This document shows positions 1 to 13,300 of a stretch of DNA of 64,000 bases, in pieces (position 1 is the stretch's first letter; the number at the start of each line of letters is the position of its first letter). The stretch is from Lama guanicoe (lineage: Eukaryota). The translations under genes and the position numbers were made by a program. Where the stretch lies: NCBI GenBank assembly GCA_013239625.1, contig MU053911.1:695590-759589 (forward strand). Reading direction: 5' to 3'. Below the pieces are notes generated by a model. That model saw nothing but the letters and a program-made list of their open reading frames with translations. It was not told the DNA's origin and did not search any database.

Positions 1-326
1 GTAAGCCAGAAAGAGAAAGAAAAATACCATATGAGATCGCTCATATGTCGAATCTAAAGACTCATGGACAGAGAATACAGACTTGTGGTTACCGGGGGGT
101 AGAGGGTGGGAAGGGATAGACTGGGATTTCAAAATTGTAGAATAGATAAACAAGATTACACTGTATAGCACAGGGAAATATACACAAAATGTTATGATAA
201 ATCACAGAGAAAAAAATGTGACAATGAGTGTGTATATGTCCATGAATGACTGAAAAATTGTGCTGAACACTGGAATTTGACACAACATTGTAAAATGATT
301 ATAAATCAATAAAAAATGTTAAAAAA
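1..326 (+). mobile_element. L1 3' end (young, camelid-type 3'UTR), cut by the window start
   Basis: Starts with the L1 end-of-ORF2/3'UTR motif gtaagccagaaagagaaagaaaaatacc, has a G-rich tract, and ends in AATAAA plus an A-rich tail. Near-identical inverted copy at 3836-4095. Confidence 0.9.
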
Positions 327-445
327 TTTTTTAAACATTGCATCTTAAAAATAACAGTGCTTTCTCTAGAATATCAGTGTTCCTATTTCCTGAGATCTTG
401 CGACGCACTTTACACGTGAGTGCAGAGCTCCTGCGTCTGCTGCGC

Positions 446-1044
446 TGAGGCGGAAAGCCCCGTAAAAAGAACGGCAGGGCCCACAGGCAGGGCCCCCAGC
501 CAGGGCCACTGCTCTCCTCCCAGCACCCTCCGGTTCCCTGGCCAGAGCCTCTGTCTCACTTTTTGCCTCGGAAATGGCTAACTTACACCTAAAATTCTAT
601 TGGTTCCTTGAGCTCACTTCTGATTGGTTATTTCCTTCACTCCTGATTGGCTATTACTCTCATTTCTGATTGGTCCACTTCCCTAACTTCTGATTGGTCC
701 ATTTGTAGTATTTCATTTGCATGGAGCTCACTCCTGATTGGTTATTTCTCTCACCCCTGATTGGTGTATTTCTACAAAGCTTGTTTCTGGTTGGTCAACT
801 TCTGTTGTACTTTATTTGCATATGATGTTGCAAAGTGTAAAATTGGCAGCCTATAAAAGGCCTGTGTAAGCCTACAGATGGAGTCCAGACGTTGAGACAT
901 AAGCTTCTGTGAGCTGGCGGGTGTGAGAACATCTGCGTTCTCAAAGTATCAGAGTGCTGCTCGGTTTTTTCTTCTGGATCCAGGTAGCTGTTTACGCTGA
1001 GCTGTGTTTACACCGAGCTGTAACACGTTTTTTTTTTTACAACA
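446..1044 (+). mobile_element. Solo LTR, ERV1-class (ERV9/LTR12-like architecture)
   Basis: TG...CA termini (TGAGG at 446, AACA ending 1044) flanked by a perfect 4-bp TSD GCGC (442-445, 1045-1048). Internal CCAAT array and TATAAAA at 852. No primer-binding site follows. Confidence 0.8.
599..858 (+). promoter_or_regulatory. LTR U3 promoter/enhancer: CCAAT (NF-Y) array, two octamers and a TATA box
   Basis: ATTGG at 599, 623, 646, 669, 693, 737, 760 and 842, plus a GTTGG variant near 790. ATTTGCAT at 715-722 and 814-821. TATAAAA at 852-858. Confidence 0.75.
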
Positions 1045-3532
1045 GCGCCGCCTCTGCCCGCGCTTCTGCGTCTTATTTCATCTTCCTCCTTTTTTATGAT
1101 GTCCTAAGAGTCAAAGGAGACTTTTCTGATGAATTCTCTGCCCTTCAGTATGAGTTATCCATTACACTGAAAAAAAAAAAAAGTTTACGTAACGAACATT
1201 TATTTTGTGTAGTTTCTGTGAGTCGTGAACTTGGGAGCAGCATAGGTAAGTGGCGTGGCTTCGTTTTTTTCGAGAGGTTGTTACTAAAATGTTCGCCAGG
1301 GCTGCCATCGGAAGACTGAGCTGGGGCTGGAGGATCTGACTCCCAAATCGGTGCACTTATTGCTGTTGGAAGGAGGCCTGAGTCCCCACGTGGTCCTCTC
1401 CACAGAGTGGCTTGACACACGTCCTTGTGATGTGGCAACCGGCTGCCCCCAGAGCGAGTGGTCCGAGAGTATGAAAATTTTAAAAGCTGTGATGTCTTTA
1501 ATATCTCAGTCCTGGCGGTCACATACCATGGCTTCCTCCACGTTGCTCCTCAGAAGTGGATCACTGGATCCGGCCACACTCAGCGGGAAGGAGATCATGG
1601 AATTTTTGCTACTGTGTGTCAAGGTTGCCTTCTGTATTGTAACAAATGTACCAACGCCCTGCAAGATGTTAAACAGGAAAAACTGGGGATGCAGGGTGCG
1701 GTTGGGGGAACTCTTTTTTTTTTTTTTTTTGTGGACTTCATATACTGCCTTAAAAAACCTAACAATTTTTTAAAAAGGAAATTAGACACACTGGTGAAAG
1801 GGACAATTAAACTTAATCCAGCGAGGGACTAAGTGTCAAATGTTAAAAGTGAAAAGGAGGGGAAGGGGGAGGAAGAAATTTAACACGTAGTTACCTTCTG
1901 AAAAAGTTTTTGTTACTCCTGGCTAATTTTTGCATCGCTAACAAACTGAAAATTTTCTATTTACATAATTACCAAAACGTTATAAGACAAGCTCCAGGGT
2001 GAAGACTTAACGCAGCCTAGAAGAGATTCTAGCAGATGGGAATGTGTTTCCGAGACTCGTGCCCTTGAGTAGCCTCTGTCCCATCACCTCACAAAAACAG
2101 AATCAGACGGCTTCATAGTTAAAGCTGTGATCACAGGCACAGGTATTCCAAAAAGTCATGTTTCTCCAAGTCTGATCTCAGACAGAATTTAAATTTTCTA
2201 ACCTTGTATTTCCTAGGGTATTTCTGAGGGAATTTTTATTTATACAGTTTCCATCTAGAAAACCCCTCTTTACAACTGAAATGTTCTACTTCCTATCTGC
2301 CAGGTTCTCCAGAAAAGTTGTTTAGTTTTTAGCCTTCATCAGCCACTGCCTTCACATGACAGAAAGGCCCTTCAATTACCTGATTATGGTCAGCACGGGA
2401 GGCAAACCCACGCAGCAGGCAGGACCTGTGTAAGTGAGCATTGAACAGAAACCCCATGAACACTGCAAATGAAGCTTCAACGATGGGGTCTCTGCAAAAC
2501 CACCCCCAGACAGGCCATGGGAAATCAGACAAATTAAGAACATACTTGGAGAAATGTGAGTTTTCACAGCACCTTACCTGCAGTCCCACATACTACATGC
2601 AAAGCTTCCTTTTTTTATTTTTTTTATTTTTCTGGTTGTATCAAGCAACCCTGAATCCACAAATTTCAGTGATGGATAATCAACAGTGTTGTGCTCTTTC
2701 AGTTTTCCACAGAGGAATCTTAAGATTTTCCCTTTCCAAGAAAAGCCTTGATTTCATTATCTTGTCTAATATATCTTTGAGAACACTTAAATGATTGAGC
2801 TAAAAAAGAGAAAATAAATTTCCATCTGATGACACTTAAAGATTCTAAGTTCAAAGACAGGATTTTTAAAAAGTTTTTTTTAGATAGAAGGTACTGAAGA
2901 CCCAGGAGCTATGAGTTGATACTGTCTTGCACACATAATTTGCTTCTATTAAGTGTTTCCACTCATTATGCGAAATGCAAAAGCTATTTGTTCCTTCATC
3001 TAAAATATATTTGATTAGATTTCCATCCCCTGCATGACATTTTTTTAATACTAGATAAGCATCTGACTTTTCTGGAGGACTCAAAAGAGCTTAATAATTC
3101 TCTGCAAACTGAGTTGCCAAAGCAGCACCAGAATTTTGATGTTTCCATTAATAAAAGATACATGCCTGCAGGAGGTGCAGATTTGTGATCTCAGGATCCA
3201 GAGTTTCGGGGCAAAGGGAAAACGGCTTGCATCTGTGCAATGATTAAATGTGTGTTCAGAGAGGGGAGCTGTAAAGTGTCTCTACAGATCTAACAAGACC
3301 TATTTGGACCTGGGGCCTGGTCCTGCAGGGTGTTTTTGATAGCTTTATCTGTGTCAGACGCCGGGGCTCCAACCATTCCCACTTGTCAATATGCCCTGGG
3401 AGCTTCAGAGCTGAAAACAGGGAGATGCTGGGCCGCACTGAGAGGAACCCACCGGTCGGACCATTTCACAAGCCCACACAGGGCCCGACCAAAATGCAAG
3501 GCCACGGAAAAAGACAAATCAGATGTCAGCAG

Positions 3533-3560
3533 AAAAAAAAAAAAAAAAAAAAAAAAAAAA
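3533..3560. repeat. Poly(A) run (A28)
   Basis: Uninterrupted A homopolymer. Confidence 0.95.
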
Positions 3561-3835
3561 GATAAAGTGATGACAGCCTGAAAATAGAATCCATAACTGG
3601 TGAAGAACTGGGACTGCTCCAAGGGAAGACAGCAATAAACATGCTTGAGAGTGAAAACTGGTCCTGCACACCTGCCCGGTGGACGGGGCAGGGAGGGCAC
3701 CGTGGGGAGATGGCCTGAACACGCAAGGCTGGAATCCGGGGCTGCTGTGACCCACCAAGGTCTGCTGTGGTTTTGAGAGGCACTTAACAAAAACCTTTTG
3801 GCCCATACAATCTGGTCTTTAATTATTTTGCTTTT

Positions 3836-4095
3836 TTTTAACATTTTTTATTGATTTATAATCATTTTACAATGTTGTGTCAAATTCCAGTGTTCAGCAC
3901 AATTTTTCAGTCATTCATGGACATATACACACTCATTGTCACATTTTTTTCCTCTGTGAGTTATCGTAACATTTTGTGTATATTTCCCTGTGTTATACAG
4001 TGTAATCTTGTTTATCTATTCTACAATTTTGAAATCCCAGTCTATCCCTTCCCACCCTCCACCCCCCTGGTAACCACAAGTCTGTATTCTCTGTC
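3836..4095 (-). mobile_element. 5'-truncated young L1 3' end
   Basis: Reverse complement of ~67-326 with only scattered substitutions. Candidate TSD TGCTTTT (3829-3835, 4096-4102). Confidence 0.9.
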
Positions 4096-4102
4096 TGCTT
4101 TT

Positions 4103-4150
4103 GTTTTTTAATTGAAGTATAGTCAATTCCAATGTGTCAGTTTCTGGTGT
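4103..4150 (-). mobile_element. Very short terminal fragment of an older L1 subfamily
   Basis: tttttaattgaagtatagtc...gtgtcagtttctggtgt matches the termini of the copies near 21610-21650 (opposite strand) and 29000-29043. Confidence 0.7.
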
Positions 4151-4478
4151 TTTAATCAATACATTTTTATTGCGCCTTTTCTATGCACAAGGCATGGACT
4201 AGATATTTAAAAAAATAAGAAATGAGTGCTGAGTTTTTCTTTCTTTGCAAATTAAAATAATTTTATTTTTGCTCTTATAAAACACATGCTAATAAAAATA
4301 TCTAGAAAAAATATACTAAAAAATGAAATTACTGTCTAGAAATGGCCTCTGTTGACATTGTGTGATATATTATTCTAGCGTTTCAAATTTCTACAGGAAA
4401 ACATTACAGGTGTCTATAAACATACACAAAATATACATTTACTTATATGCGTATAATTTAAATCATATACACACACAC

Positions 4479-4825
4479 GGTAGTAGCTTGCTAAGGCTAC
4501 CACCATGACAACCACAACAGCAGAAATGTACATTCTCAGAGGTCTGGAGACGGAAGCGCACGGTCAGGGTGGGGGCAGGGCTGGCGTCTCCAGAGGTGCT
4601 TCCTTGGCGTGCAGGTGGATACCTTCTCACTGTTCCCCCACAGCCCTGGTGTTGCCTCGTGTCCAACGTCCTCTTCTTACAGGATGTCAGTCAGATGGCC
4701 TCATTTTGACTTAATCATCTGTTTAAAGACCCTGTCCCCAAATACAGTTACAGTTGCATTCGGAGGTTCTGGGGATTAGAGCTTCAGCCTGCGAACTTTA
4801 AGGGGACACGGCTCAGCCCGGAACA
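4479..4825 (-). mobile_element. MaLR LTR (MLT1A/B/C-like)
   Basis: Recognisable MLT1 blocks (cagaaatg..ttctca..gtctggag; cttaatcatctg..aaagaccctgtc.ccaaatacagt; ggggacac..tcagccc..aaca). Confidence 0.8.
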
Positions 4826-4869
4826 TACGCACACGTGTGCATACGCATACACGGGGAGAGAGCTCTATT

Positions 4870-7310
4870 TTCAAATAAAAATAAGGTCATGTTAGGCATT
4901 GTTTTATAACCCGCTTGTTCATTTTTGTCTGTTGACATATTTATCATTTCCAATTAATATGACTGTGATGAATTTAGATAATTTATTTACCACACTGCTA
5001 TTACTGGACACTTAGGTTATTCACAATTACTTAATACATACAAGTCTATCTAAACTCTGTGACAAGTACCCTACTATGTATATTCACACATTTGGAGCTT
5101 TGTGGGGATTGTTTCTTAAGAGAATTTCCTACAAATGAAATAAAAGGGCATGTACATGATCCATATTTTTAAATCGGCCACTTCCAACATTCTGATTTCA
5201 CTCTTGGTATTGACTTTAGTCTTTGAAAGTATGACAGATGGAAAATACCGGCTCCACGGTGTTTCACTGTGTGTTTTTGTTCACTGTTGAGTCTGGACAT
5301 CTTTTTTATCAGTTTATTTTTCATCTTAACTTATTCATTTTCAACTCCTTTATTGCTGCCTCTTTTGCTCAATTTCCCATTAAGATGTTCCTGTTTTACT
5401 TATTGATTTGAAAGAAATGTTTACATATCGGAATCAGTAGCTGAATGTTTTTCGGGGCTGCAGTTTGCTTTCTAATGCTGTTTATGGTGGTTTTCTGCCA
5501 TTCTGACACTTGTGTTTCCTCCTTTTGTTTTTATGTGAAGGTTTTGTTGTGATGGGTGTTGTCAATCTGTGAACATTTTCCCTTTGACTTTGCAGTTGGC
5601 CATGTGTGGAGAGGAAAATTATTCACCAATTTGCATCTAGTATTTTACAGATTTTTTGCTAGCTTTTAATCTAGTTACAGTTCAGTTATGACATAACAGT
5701 CTGATATTGTCCATAAAATACATGTAGCCTGTTTTGTAACACCATTTTGAAAAGTCCTTTTACTTACTGGTTTGACGCCATAATGTTATATTTAATAGTA
5801 CAATACTCACAGCTTGATGGCGTAAACCACAGTCTCAGGTAAACTTGTCCTGACTTACTGTGTCATGTGGTCAGGCTCTTCACCCAGCCTGGTCCACTCC
5901 TAGGAGTCTGCTGTTGACTTATAACGCCATGTTGTAATATGTGGTAGAACAAATTCTTATTTCTATTCTCTCATAATATTCTTCAAGATGAGTCTAAGAA
6001 TAATTTTGTCAAAAAATTAAACTACACTGGGATTTCTTATTAGAATTCCTTTACGTTTATAGGCTAATTTGTAGAGATTTATTCACTTAAGCCATTTATT
6101 TTCGCCCTCCAGAAAAATAATGTGCCACTTCCTTTATGTAGCCCTCATTTCATGACACTTGGTATAGTTTCATGATTACGTGTGACTTGGTTGTCATTCA
6201 CTGTGTTCATTCCTGACAAATCTGTAGTTCATTTGCTATTATAAATATAACACTGGTCTCCTGTTGTGCTTTCTGACTGGTGTAAGGAAAGTCACTGAGA
6301 GCTGGAATGTTTACTAAGTGAATAGCCACCTACTTATACTTTTATTAGTTCAAGTGATCTTCCAACTGATTATCTCATGTTTTCTGCAATACCCAGAAAC
6401 AGGCGGTGACGAGTGACAAGTCCCTTCCAAACTGAATGCGTCTATTTCTTCTTGTTTCCTTTTCACACTTGCTGGGACCGTCAGAGCCCTGCTGGGTGGT
6501 GAAGGTGGAGCATGCTCTGGTGTTTCGCTCTCATTAACTGGAAGCCCTCGAGCCCACGTCCTGCTAATGGCTCAGATAAACTTCCTATCACAGAGCTGCT
6601 CCAGTTTGCCGTGGAGCTGGTCTTCCTACAAAATGTGTGTAGGAATGGATGCCGAGTAACATCTCACTTGCGTTTGTTTTCAGTTTGTCCCGATGGACTG
6701 TGTTTGCCAGTGCTTACTGAGCCTGACGTTCTGAGGCCAAGCAAGTCTGTTATGCATAATCTTCTCTTCTTTCTTCTATCACTTTTTAATTAAGGTACTA
6801 GTTACTCCACACAGAAGAACGTAACTTATCTGTGAGTTACCAGGTGTGACCTCAGAGGGAACTCTCCAGTCTCCACCCAGCCCAGGAGCCGGGCACTTCC
6901 GTCCCGTGTCTGCTGCGCACAGCGGCCCGGGCTGTGCCCACCGCAGTGGCCCCGACCCCGAGCTGCACCACGCGCCATTTTTCGAGCACTCTATCCGGCT
7001 GAGCTTGCCCACGATTTCTCAAAATGTTCCATCTGTAGTTTTACGGGAGGAGAGTTTACAGTTTTCTTTTCTGTGCTCTTAGTGATGTTTAGAGGTACCA
7101 AGCCTCAGGAAGTTGAAAAGCTTCGCTCTCTATCATAGATTTATGTTCCCTGAGGGCTTGACAGAACTCATTTTTAAAACCAAAGGTTTGGGGTGGTTCT
7201 TTCATGATTTTTCTCATTTTATTTTTATAGGTATTATTCTACTCAGGAGTGGTTTCTTTTGTGAGGGTTTGTTTTGTTTGAGGGTTTTCTTTTTAACTCT
7301 TACTGCTTCA
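4870..7310 (-). mobile_element. Highly decayed ancient L1 (L1M/L1ME-like) ORF2-3' region
   Basis: T-rich stretch with decayed antisense L1 motifs (ggacacttaggttattc; tttgctcaattt; aataattttgtc..ctgggatttc..tagaatt; aggaatggatg). Boundaries approximate. Confidence 0.6.
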
Positions 7311-10300
7311 CTTTGAGGGATGCATGTTTCAGACACACAATACACACGCGGAATGTATCAGCCCAGACTTAAATTAGCATTTGCTTTGCATTAATGGTCT
7401 CTGTATGATCTGTTCCTCATGCTGTTGGAACGTGAACTTTTACTTGGCTTCCCTGTGAGATTGCCTAGCTCTGATTTGAGGCGTAAGTTCCATGATAGTC
7501 TCCTTTTCAACTAATTATTTTTCTCTCTGTTTACTATTTTGTTCCTTTTAAATGAACAAATTGTCCTCTTTAAGTTCTGGAATTTTTCGTTAGATAAATA
7601 GGTATAAAACGTCAGGTTCATAGTGGCATGTATCCAGTCGTCTTTACTGCAAGTCATACCTTCTCAAGAGACGATGTTCTTGTCTCCCGGCTACCGTGCA
7701 TCTGCTTTGGATCCTTCCTTGGCTGATGGCGACGCCGCGCCCCTGCGTCCTGCTGGCGCTCGTGGCCCGGCATGGCGTATATCCTCAGCACTGCTCTTTC
7801 ACTTTTGTTTGCAGAGCCGTGTCCAGGAAACAAGACAAGTGAACGTTTTTCTATTAATACAAAAGTCTTCCTCTTTTAACAGAGTAATATATTCTACTTG
7901 CAGCTCTTTTAGTAATTGTGCTTTTCAGTCTTTTTATGTTTTTCTTTATGAAAATGTCATTTTACTTTCTTGTGCTTTTCTGTATTCACTCACTAAATCA
8001 TTCAGAGTATTTGCTGAGCACCTGCCTTCTCCTCCTGCCCTTCCTCTAGTGGTACCTCTACAGTAGCACCCGCCTTGCACTAGTGGGGAGGAGGGGTGTG
8101 GTCCCGAAGGTTTCAGGCGTATCGCCACATTTAATACTCATGACAGGTAGGCTGGTATCACCATTAGACACATTTTAAAGGAGAAAACTGCTGTACCAAA
8201 AAATATGCAGAGCCCAGCCAAGGTGAGGGTTTCACAGTGATGGAGGGGGGAACCGGGGCGGAACAGGGCTGACTCCAGGGCTCTCTGATTTGGAGTTTCA
8301 TTCTCTACTCCGTATCTTTAAGCCAACTTGCATTTACATCTAGCAACATGAACCTGAAGCCAGAATCTCAGTTGATTCTTCTGTAATTTCCATCCCTGTC
8401 TTTATTTCTGAGTGATGGGAGTGTCCCACCCTGTGGACTCTAAGCCTATGCACTACCTTCCCCCGCGTGCGGGCGCACGGCGGGTGGCTGTGCAGTACTC
8501 AGTCTTCAGGTTTACTCTCTGGTCTGCGGAGATACCCAACTTGCTCCTCGTTACTTCTACTGAGTTGCTTAGATCCTGGGATATTTTTTCATTTCCTATT
8601 ACTGTTTCATATCGTCAGGTCACTCTCTTTTGTTACAGGTAGAAGCACTAGTTGAGTCTTAGAATTGCTCCATTCCCTGGAGTAAGTGTGCTTACACCGT
8701 CCTTCGTCAGACTATATCCCTTACATAGAATCTGAGGCCAGAATATTTCATGATTTCAAGTCATGAGGTTTTGTAACTTTTTGAAAATATGTTTTTGCCA
8801 TTCAAAAATATTAATTATACTACATGGATTACAGATCTGGAAGATCTGGGCAAATTATTTTTTAACCAGTAGCTCTCTGTAAAATGTGTGCAGTTTCATT
8901 AAAAGGATGTTACATAGTTTTGTTTACTAAAACCATGTAAATGCATCAGTGATGGGATAAAACTGCTCATTCCTTCAGTACTGACCACTCCACAGCTCTA
9001 GATAATCCCACTGTACGTATAGGAAATCAGAAACAACACCAGAGAATTAATCACTTGACGCACAGGATTCCCTGCACCCAGCAGTCCCACCCGCGTCGGG
9101 ACACGCGTCCCGGCCCGCGGCCTCCGCAGGGCGCGGGTGCACTGGGCACAGCCACTGTTCACACGGGACAGCGCTGAACGTCCAATCTGTTGACTTTGTC
9201 CTGAGGCATAAAAAGTGCATCACTGGCTCTTCCCTCCTTCTGGGTGACACGCCATTTATATCATTTTCTAGCTGTTCCCATGAGTTTTAGGAATTCCATA
9301 TTGGCCAGAATGTTTTTGTTCGCTAGACAAAGAACGTAGTGCTTTTCAAACGGTGGGTTAGGTAGCCTGGTTGGTGCAGAGGGAAGAGGTGGGAAGCGGC
9401 CTCCCGGCCGGAGGAAGGAGCAAAACTGAGCCCATGTGACACAAGCACTTACCCGCCGGGCTGCAGTGTGCAGAGAGAAGAGCAGGAAGCCAGAGAATCA
9501 CTCAAAAGGAACTTGCGGCTTCCGTGACCCCGTTGGACACCTGTGAAGACCTTTTGCTTCCTCTGCCGAGTCTGACAACATCTCAGCCAAACAGAGAAAC
9601 CCACAGAAGTGGAGGGAATTGCGTTAGAGCGGGCGCTTCCTCCTCAGGGTCACTGCCGCTCCCTGGCAGCCTCACTGGAACCGATCGGAATCGAGTGAAG
9701 ACACAGGGATGGCGCTGAACGCCCTGCTTGGTCTTTCTTCCCGTGATGGTCACGGTTTGGGCTTCTGCCTGCTCAGGACAGGGGAAGTCTTCAGTGCTCC
9801 AAGCACTTTTCAAGTCTAGTTTACCTGTTTATTTTTGCTTCCAAATAAATTGCACAGAGTTTGACGTGACTCCATGGACCACTTTCCACAGTCCCTGCCA
9901 GGCTAACCACCGAATCCACTGGGGAGGATGAAGCGCCCGCACGCTGCCCCCATCGCCCTAGTTGCAGGACGGCCAGAGGGTGTCCATCTGGTCTATAATT
10001 TGGTCATTTCTCTCTCACCCCCTGCAAGTGTGTATAATTATAAATTAATTTAAAATTGCACTGTGAGAAAAGAAATTCACTGTGATATAAAAGGAAAGAC
10101 AAAAGCTGCAGGAAGTACATCTTTAAAAACATTTTTTGGTGTTTCCTTCCAAATTGATCCTCAAAATTGGTTTTTCATTCTACTATACATTTTCCCAGCT
10201 GGGAGCTTCATGACTGTGTATTTCAGTTGTGGGTCAGTTTAAAGCCATCCTGCAGCCTTGAGGTTTGACGCTTCCTGCTGGATTTACATTTGCAGATCAA

Positions 10301-13300
10301 AACTATTCTTTGGGGAAATAAAACCCACCCGGAGGCCAGCCTCCAAGTGATGTGTCAAGGCTTAAAGGCAGGTGTGCCTGTCTGAGAATGCCCGGGGACT
10401 TGAGCCCAGTGCTCTCATTCTCTCTGGGTCCACATTTTGGCTCTTTTCAGTCATGCCTGGTTCCATAATAAGAATGTGTGTGTTACACCAGGTTAAGACA
10501 AAACACTTGGGAAAAATCGCCAGGCTCCTGTGTGCACTGCAGTAGCCGACCCTTACCTGCCTGGCTGAGCTGCTGCTCTGCTTTACTCACACAGGTGGCT
10601 AATTGCAGGGCCCCGCACATCTTCAGAGAGGACACAGGTGAGAACAGCTGTGTCCAACAACAGGGTAGCAGCCAGGCTTTCTGGCAGCATTTGACCTGCC
10701 AAACCACCGGCTTCCGTCGGGGAATCAGTCTGTATGAACTTGAGGAAAGTGTAGCGGGCGGGACTGAAGCTAAGATGGCATATGGAGAGCCGCACTACGC
10801 TCATAGCTTTTCTTGCTTCTTAAGCACCAAAACCTGAGAGCGAGAAGTGTTCTACCATCAGAAGAAGCGATGCAGTCAAGTCATTTCTCTAAGAATATTC
10901 TGATGAAATCATCGTAATCCCTGTAGAAGTGTGAAAAATTCTTCTTTTCAAAAAAATGAATTCTCCTACTGCCTTGCAAAGACCCCTACCTGCATCTGAC
11001 GTGTCCTGTAGAGACTAATGATGGTAACATTTCACACCTGGAGTGACACTGCCCGCTGAGGAGGCATCGTTCCTAGTCCTCAGCACAGACAAGGAAACGG
11101 AGCACAGGAGATTGAGTGACGTGATCAATCAGGACGGTGAGGACTGGGGCTTCCGGGTAGTGGGGGAGGCTCCGGCTGCACTGCCTTGTGCCAGGGTAAC
11201 AGGAATGAGGTGGTGTCACCTGGGGACCTGACAGGGCGGGAGAGCACATCAACTGGCCCCCAGACCAGATGGGGCCGTGCCTTCCTATGTCCGGTGGTGT
11301 GTGTGACCCTGTTTGCCATAAAAAGGGACCTCTATCCTTAGAATCTGAAGATGTCTCACCTCGGCAGGGATTCCATAGTTAAATGCTGCCAAACCCACTT
11401 CTGATCAACTTAAGTCTAGTTCTTAATTTGTGTTTATTTAGCAACAAAATGCAAATAAGAAATGGAATGCTACTGGATGTGAGGGCAATCTGGCTGTGAT
11501 ATCTGTCACCCCACTGATCACCAGGATTGATTCGGCCTATCTGGCTGGCTGGGCGGGTATCTCCTTCCTCCCTCACTGCTCCATGTGCGTGCCTCCCGCA
11601 GCTGCACGCTCGATGGAAGAGGAAGACCATCCTGATAGAGGAGGACCATTCCTCTCAGTCAAGGGCATCCGAGTAGCTGCGGTCCCTACTGGAACCTCCA
11701 GACAAGCTCTCAGGGCATGGAATGCTGCTGAATGCATCCTCATCGCTAAGTGCTTCACGCTGTCAGCTAGACACTCCGTCAGGACGGAAGCAGCCACAGA
11801 CTGCTGCTGTAGAAAGGCCGTGTGTATTCTGCCTCTCTTGCAGGAAATCAGAATATATTTATCAGTCAAGATTATTTTCAACATAATAAACTCTCAACAA
11901 GACCACATCTAAGAAGAACTCTCAGATTTCACTCAGCATTTGAAGTTTTGCAGTTTTCCTGTGTAACAGTGGTGGAGTGTGCTTCTCTGCTTCCCGCAGA
12001 CAGATGTGCAGACCCAGCCAAAGCTCAAGACGTCGAAGAGGCGCTCTAGTCTTACCCACAGTGCGGAGACCCTGCGCACACCGGAGGCTACGCTTGGCAT
12101 CTCCGAGCGTCGCCATCCTGTGGCCAAGCATTCACTCAACGTCAGCTGACAAAACAGACTCTCATGCAGCTCCGTGCGTGGCCACCATCACTTCTGCACC
12201 CTTTTCCTCCACCTGCTCCCCCACACCCGGTAAAAACACACCAGCTGTTAGATCCAAGCCTGGTTCTAGGACAGACCGAACTCAGCAGGTCTACAGGCAG
12301 ATGCATTAATTCAATTCTGCCCAGAGAGAGAACCGGAGAAACAAGAGGTGGAAAATGTCAGGTTTAAGGGGACTTGCTCCTCTGTCTCAAATCAGCTGCA
12401 GATCTGGGGTCCCCATTATTCATGCCCCTGTGAACGGTTGGGAATCTAATGACTTCTTAAAGCATGAGAGGCTGAGAGAATTTTGAACGGATGTGTTAGA
12501 TACACCTCTGCTTTATGTCTTAGGTAAGTCTTCCCTGTAAGTCGAATCCTACCAGACAACTAAAAATATTCACAAATGGCTGTTGACAAAATACATACTC
12601 ACAATGTGACATTCTTTTCAGAATCGCTGACCGAAGGGCTTCAGGGTTCTAGTTCGATGCGTTACTAAAACAGCCATTTCTGGATATACGCCATCCCGGG
12701 TACGTCCCGTGCCCAGTGAACATGAACAAACTGGTCCTCAAAGCGACGGCTTGATCTTAGGATCCTGGTGTTTGGTTTTTTTCTGACTCTTTTCTTTCAC
12801 GCAGACAGCGTGCCGGCTTCCCACGGACACCTCAGAAAGTGTATGTTCATCTCAAGTCAAATCATAGAAAGAAACGCACTAGAGTTTGTGGAATTCTGCC
12901 GTCAGCACTCTTAGGGTGTTAAAAATAATTGTGAGACAAGCTTACGCCGTGACAGTTTCAAAATGGGCAGGAAATGTGATCACACGTCCTTGTGATTTTC
13001 CTCTGGGGCCGGAGCCCCCGCCCGTGCCCTCAGACTGGGGGCCGGCAAGGCTCAGCTGGTAACACTGAAATCTGGGCCCCAGCCCTCCTGCCTCTGCGCG
13101 CAGGTCGGTCAAAGTCACGGCAGCCCAGGGAAACTCAACAGGCTTGGGACCGCTGCTCGTCCAGCAAGGGTGTTCCCGGGTCTGTCGGGAATGAACCAGG
13201 CCTCTGGCAGGAGGTCGGCAGGGTTCGTCCGCCCAGCAGCGCAGCGGAGCCCGCAGGAGGCGGGGAGGGGTCAGGGCAGAGGCTGGTTGCCCCAGGACCC

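Noticed and set aside
89..283. Near-identical ORFs at 89-283 (-) and 3851-4111 (+) as a duplicated gene
   Set aside because: Both are antisense readings of the same L1 3'UTR.
599..800. Regularly spaced short repeats as a CRISPR-like array
   Set aside because: The repeat core is only 8 bp, the spacers resemble each other, there are no cas genes, and it lies inside a mammalian LTR.
3400..3560. A28 as the tail of a processed pseudogene
   Set aside because: No upstream AATAAA, no TSD and no recognisable mRNA body.
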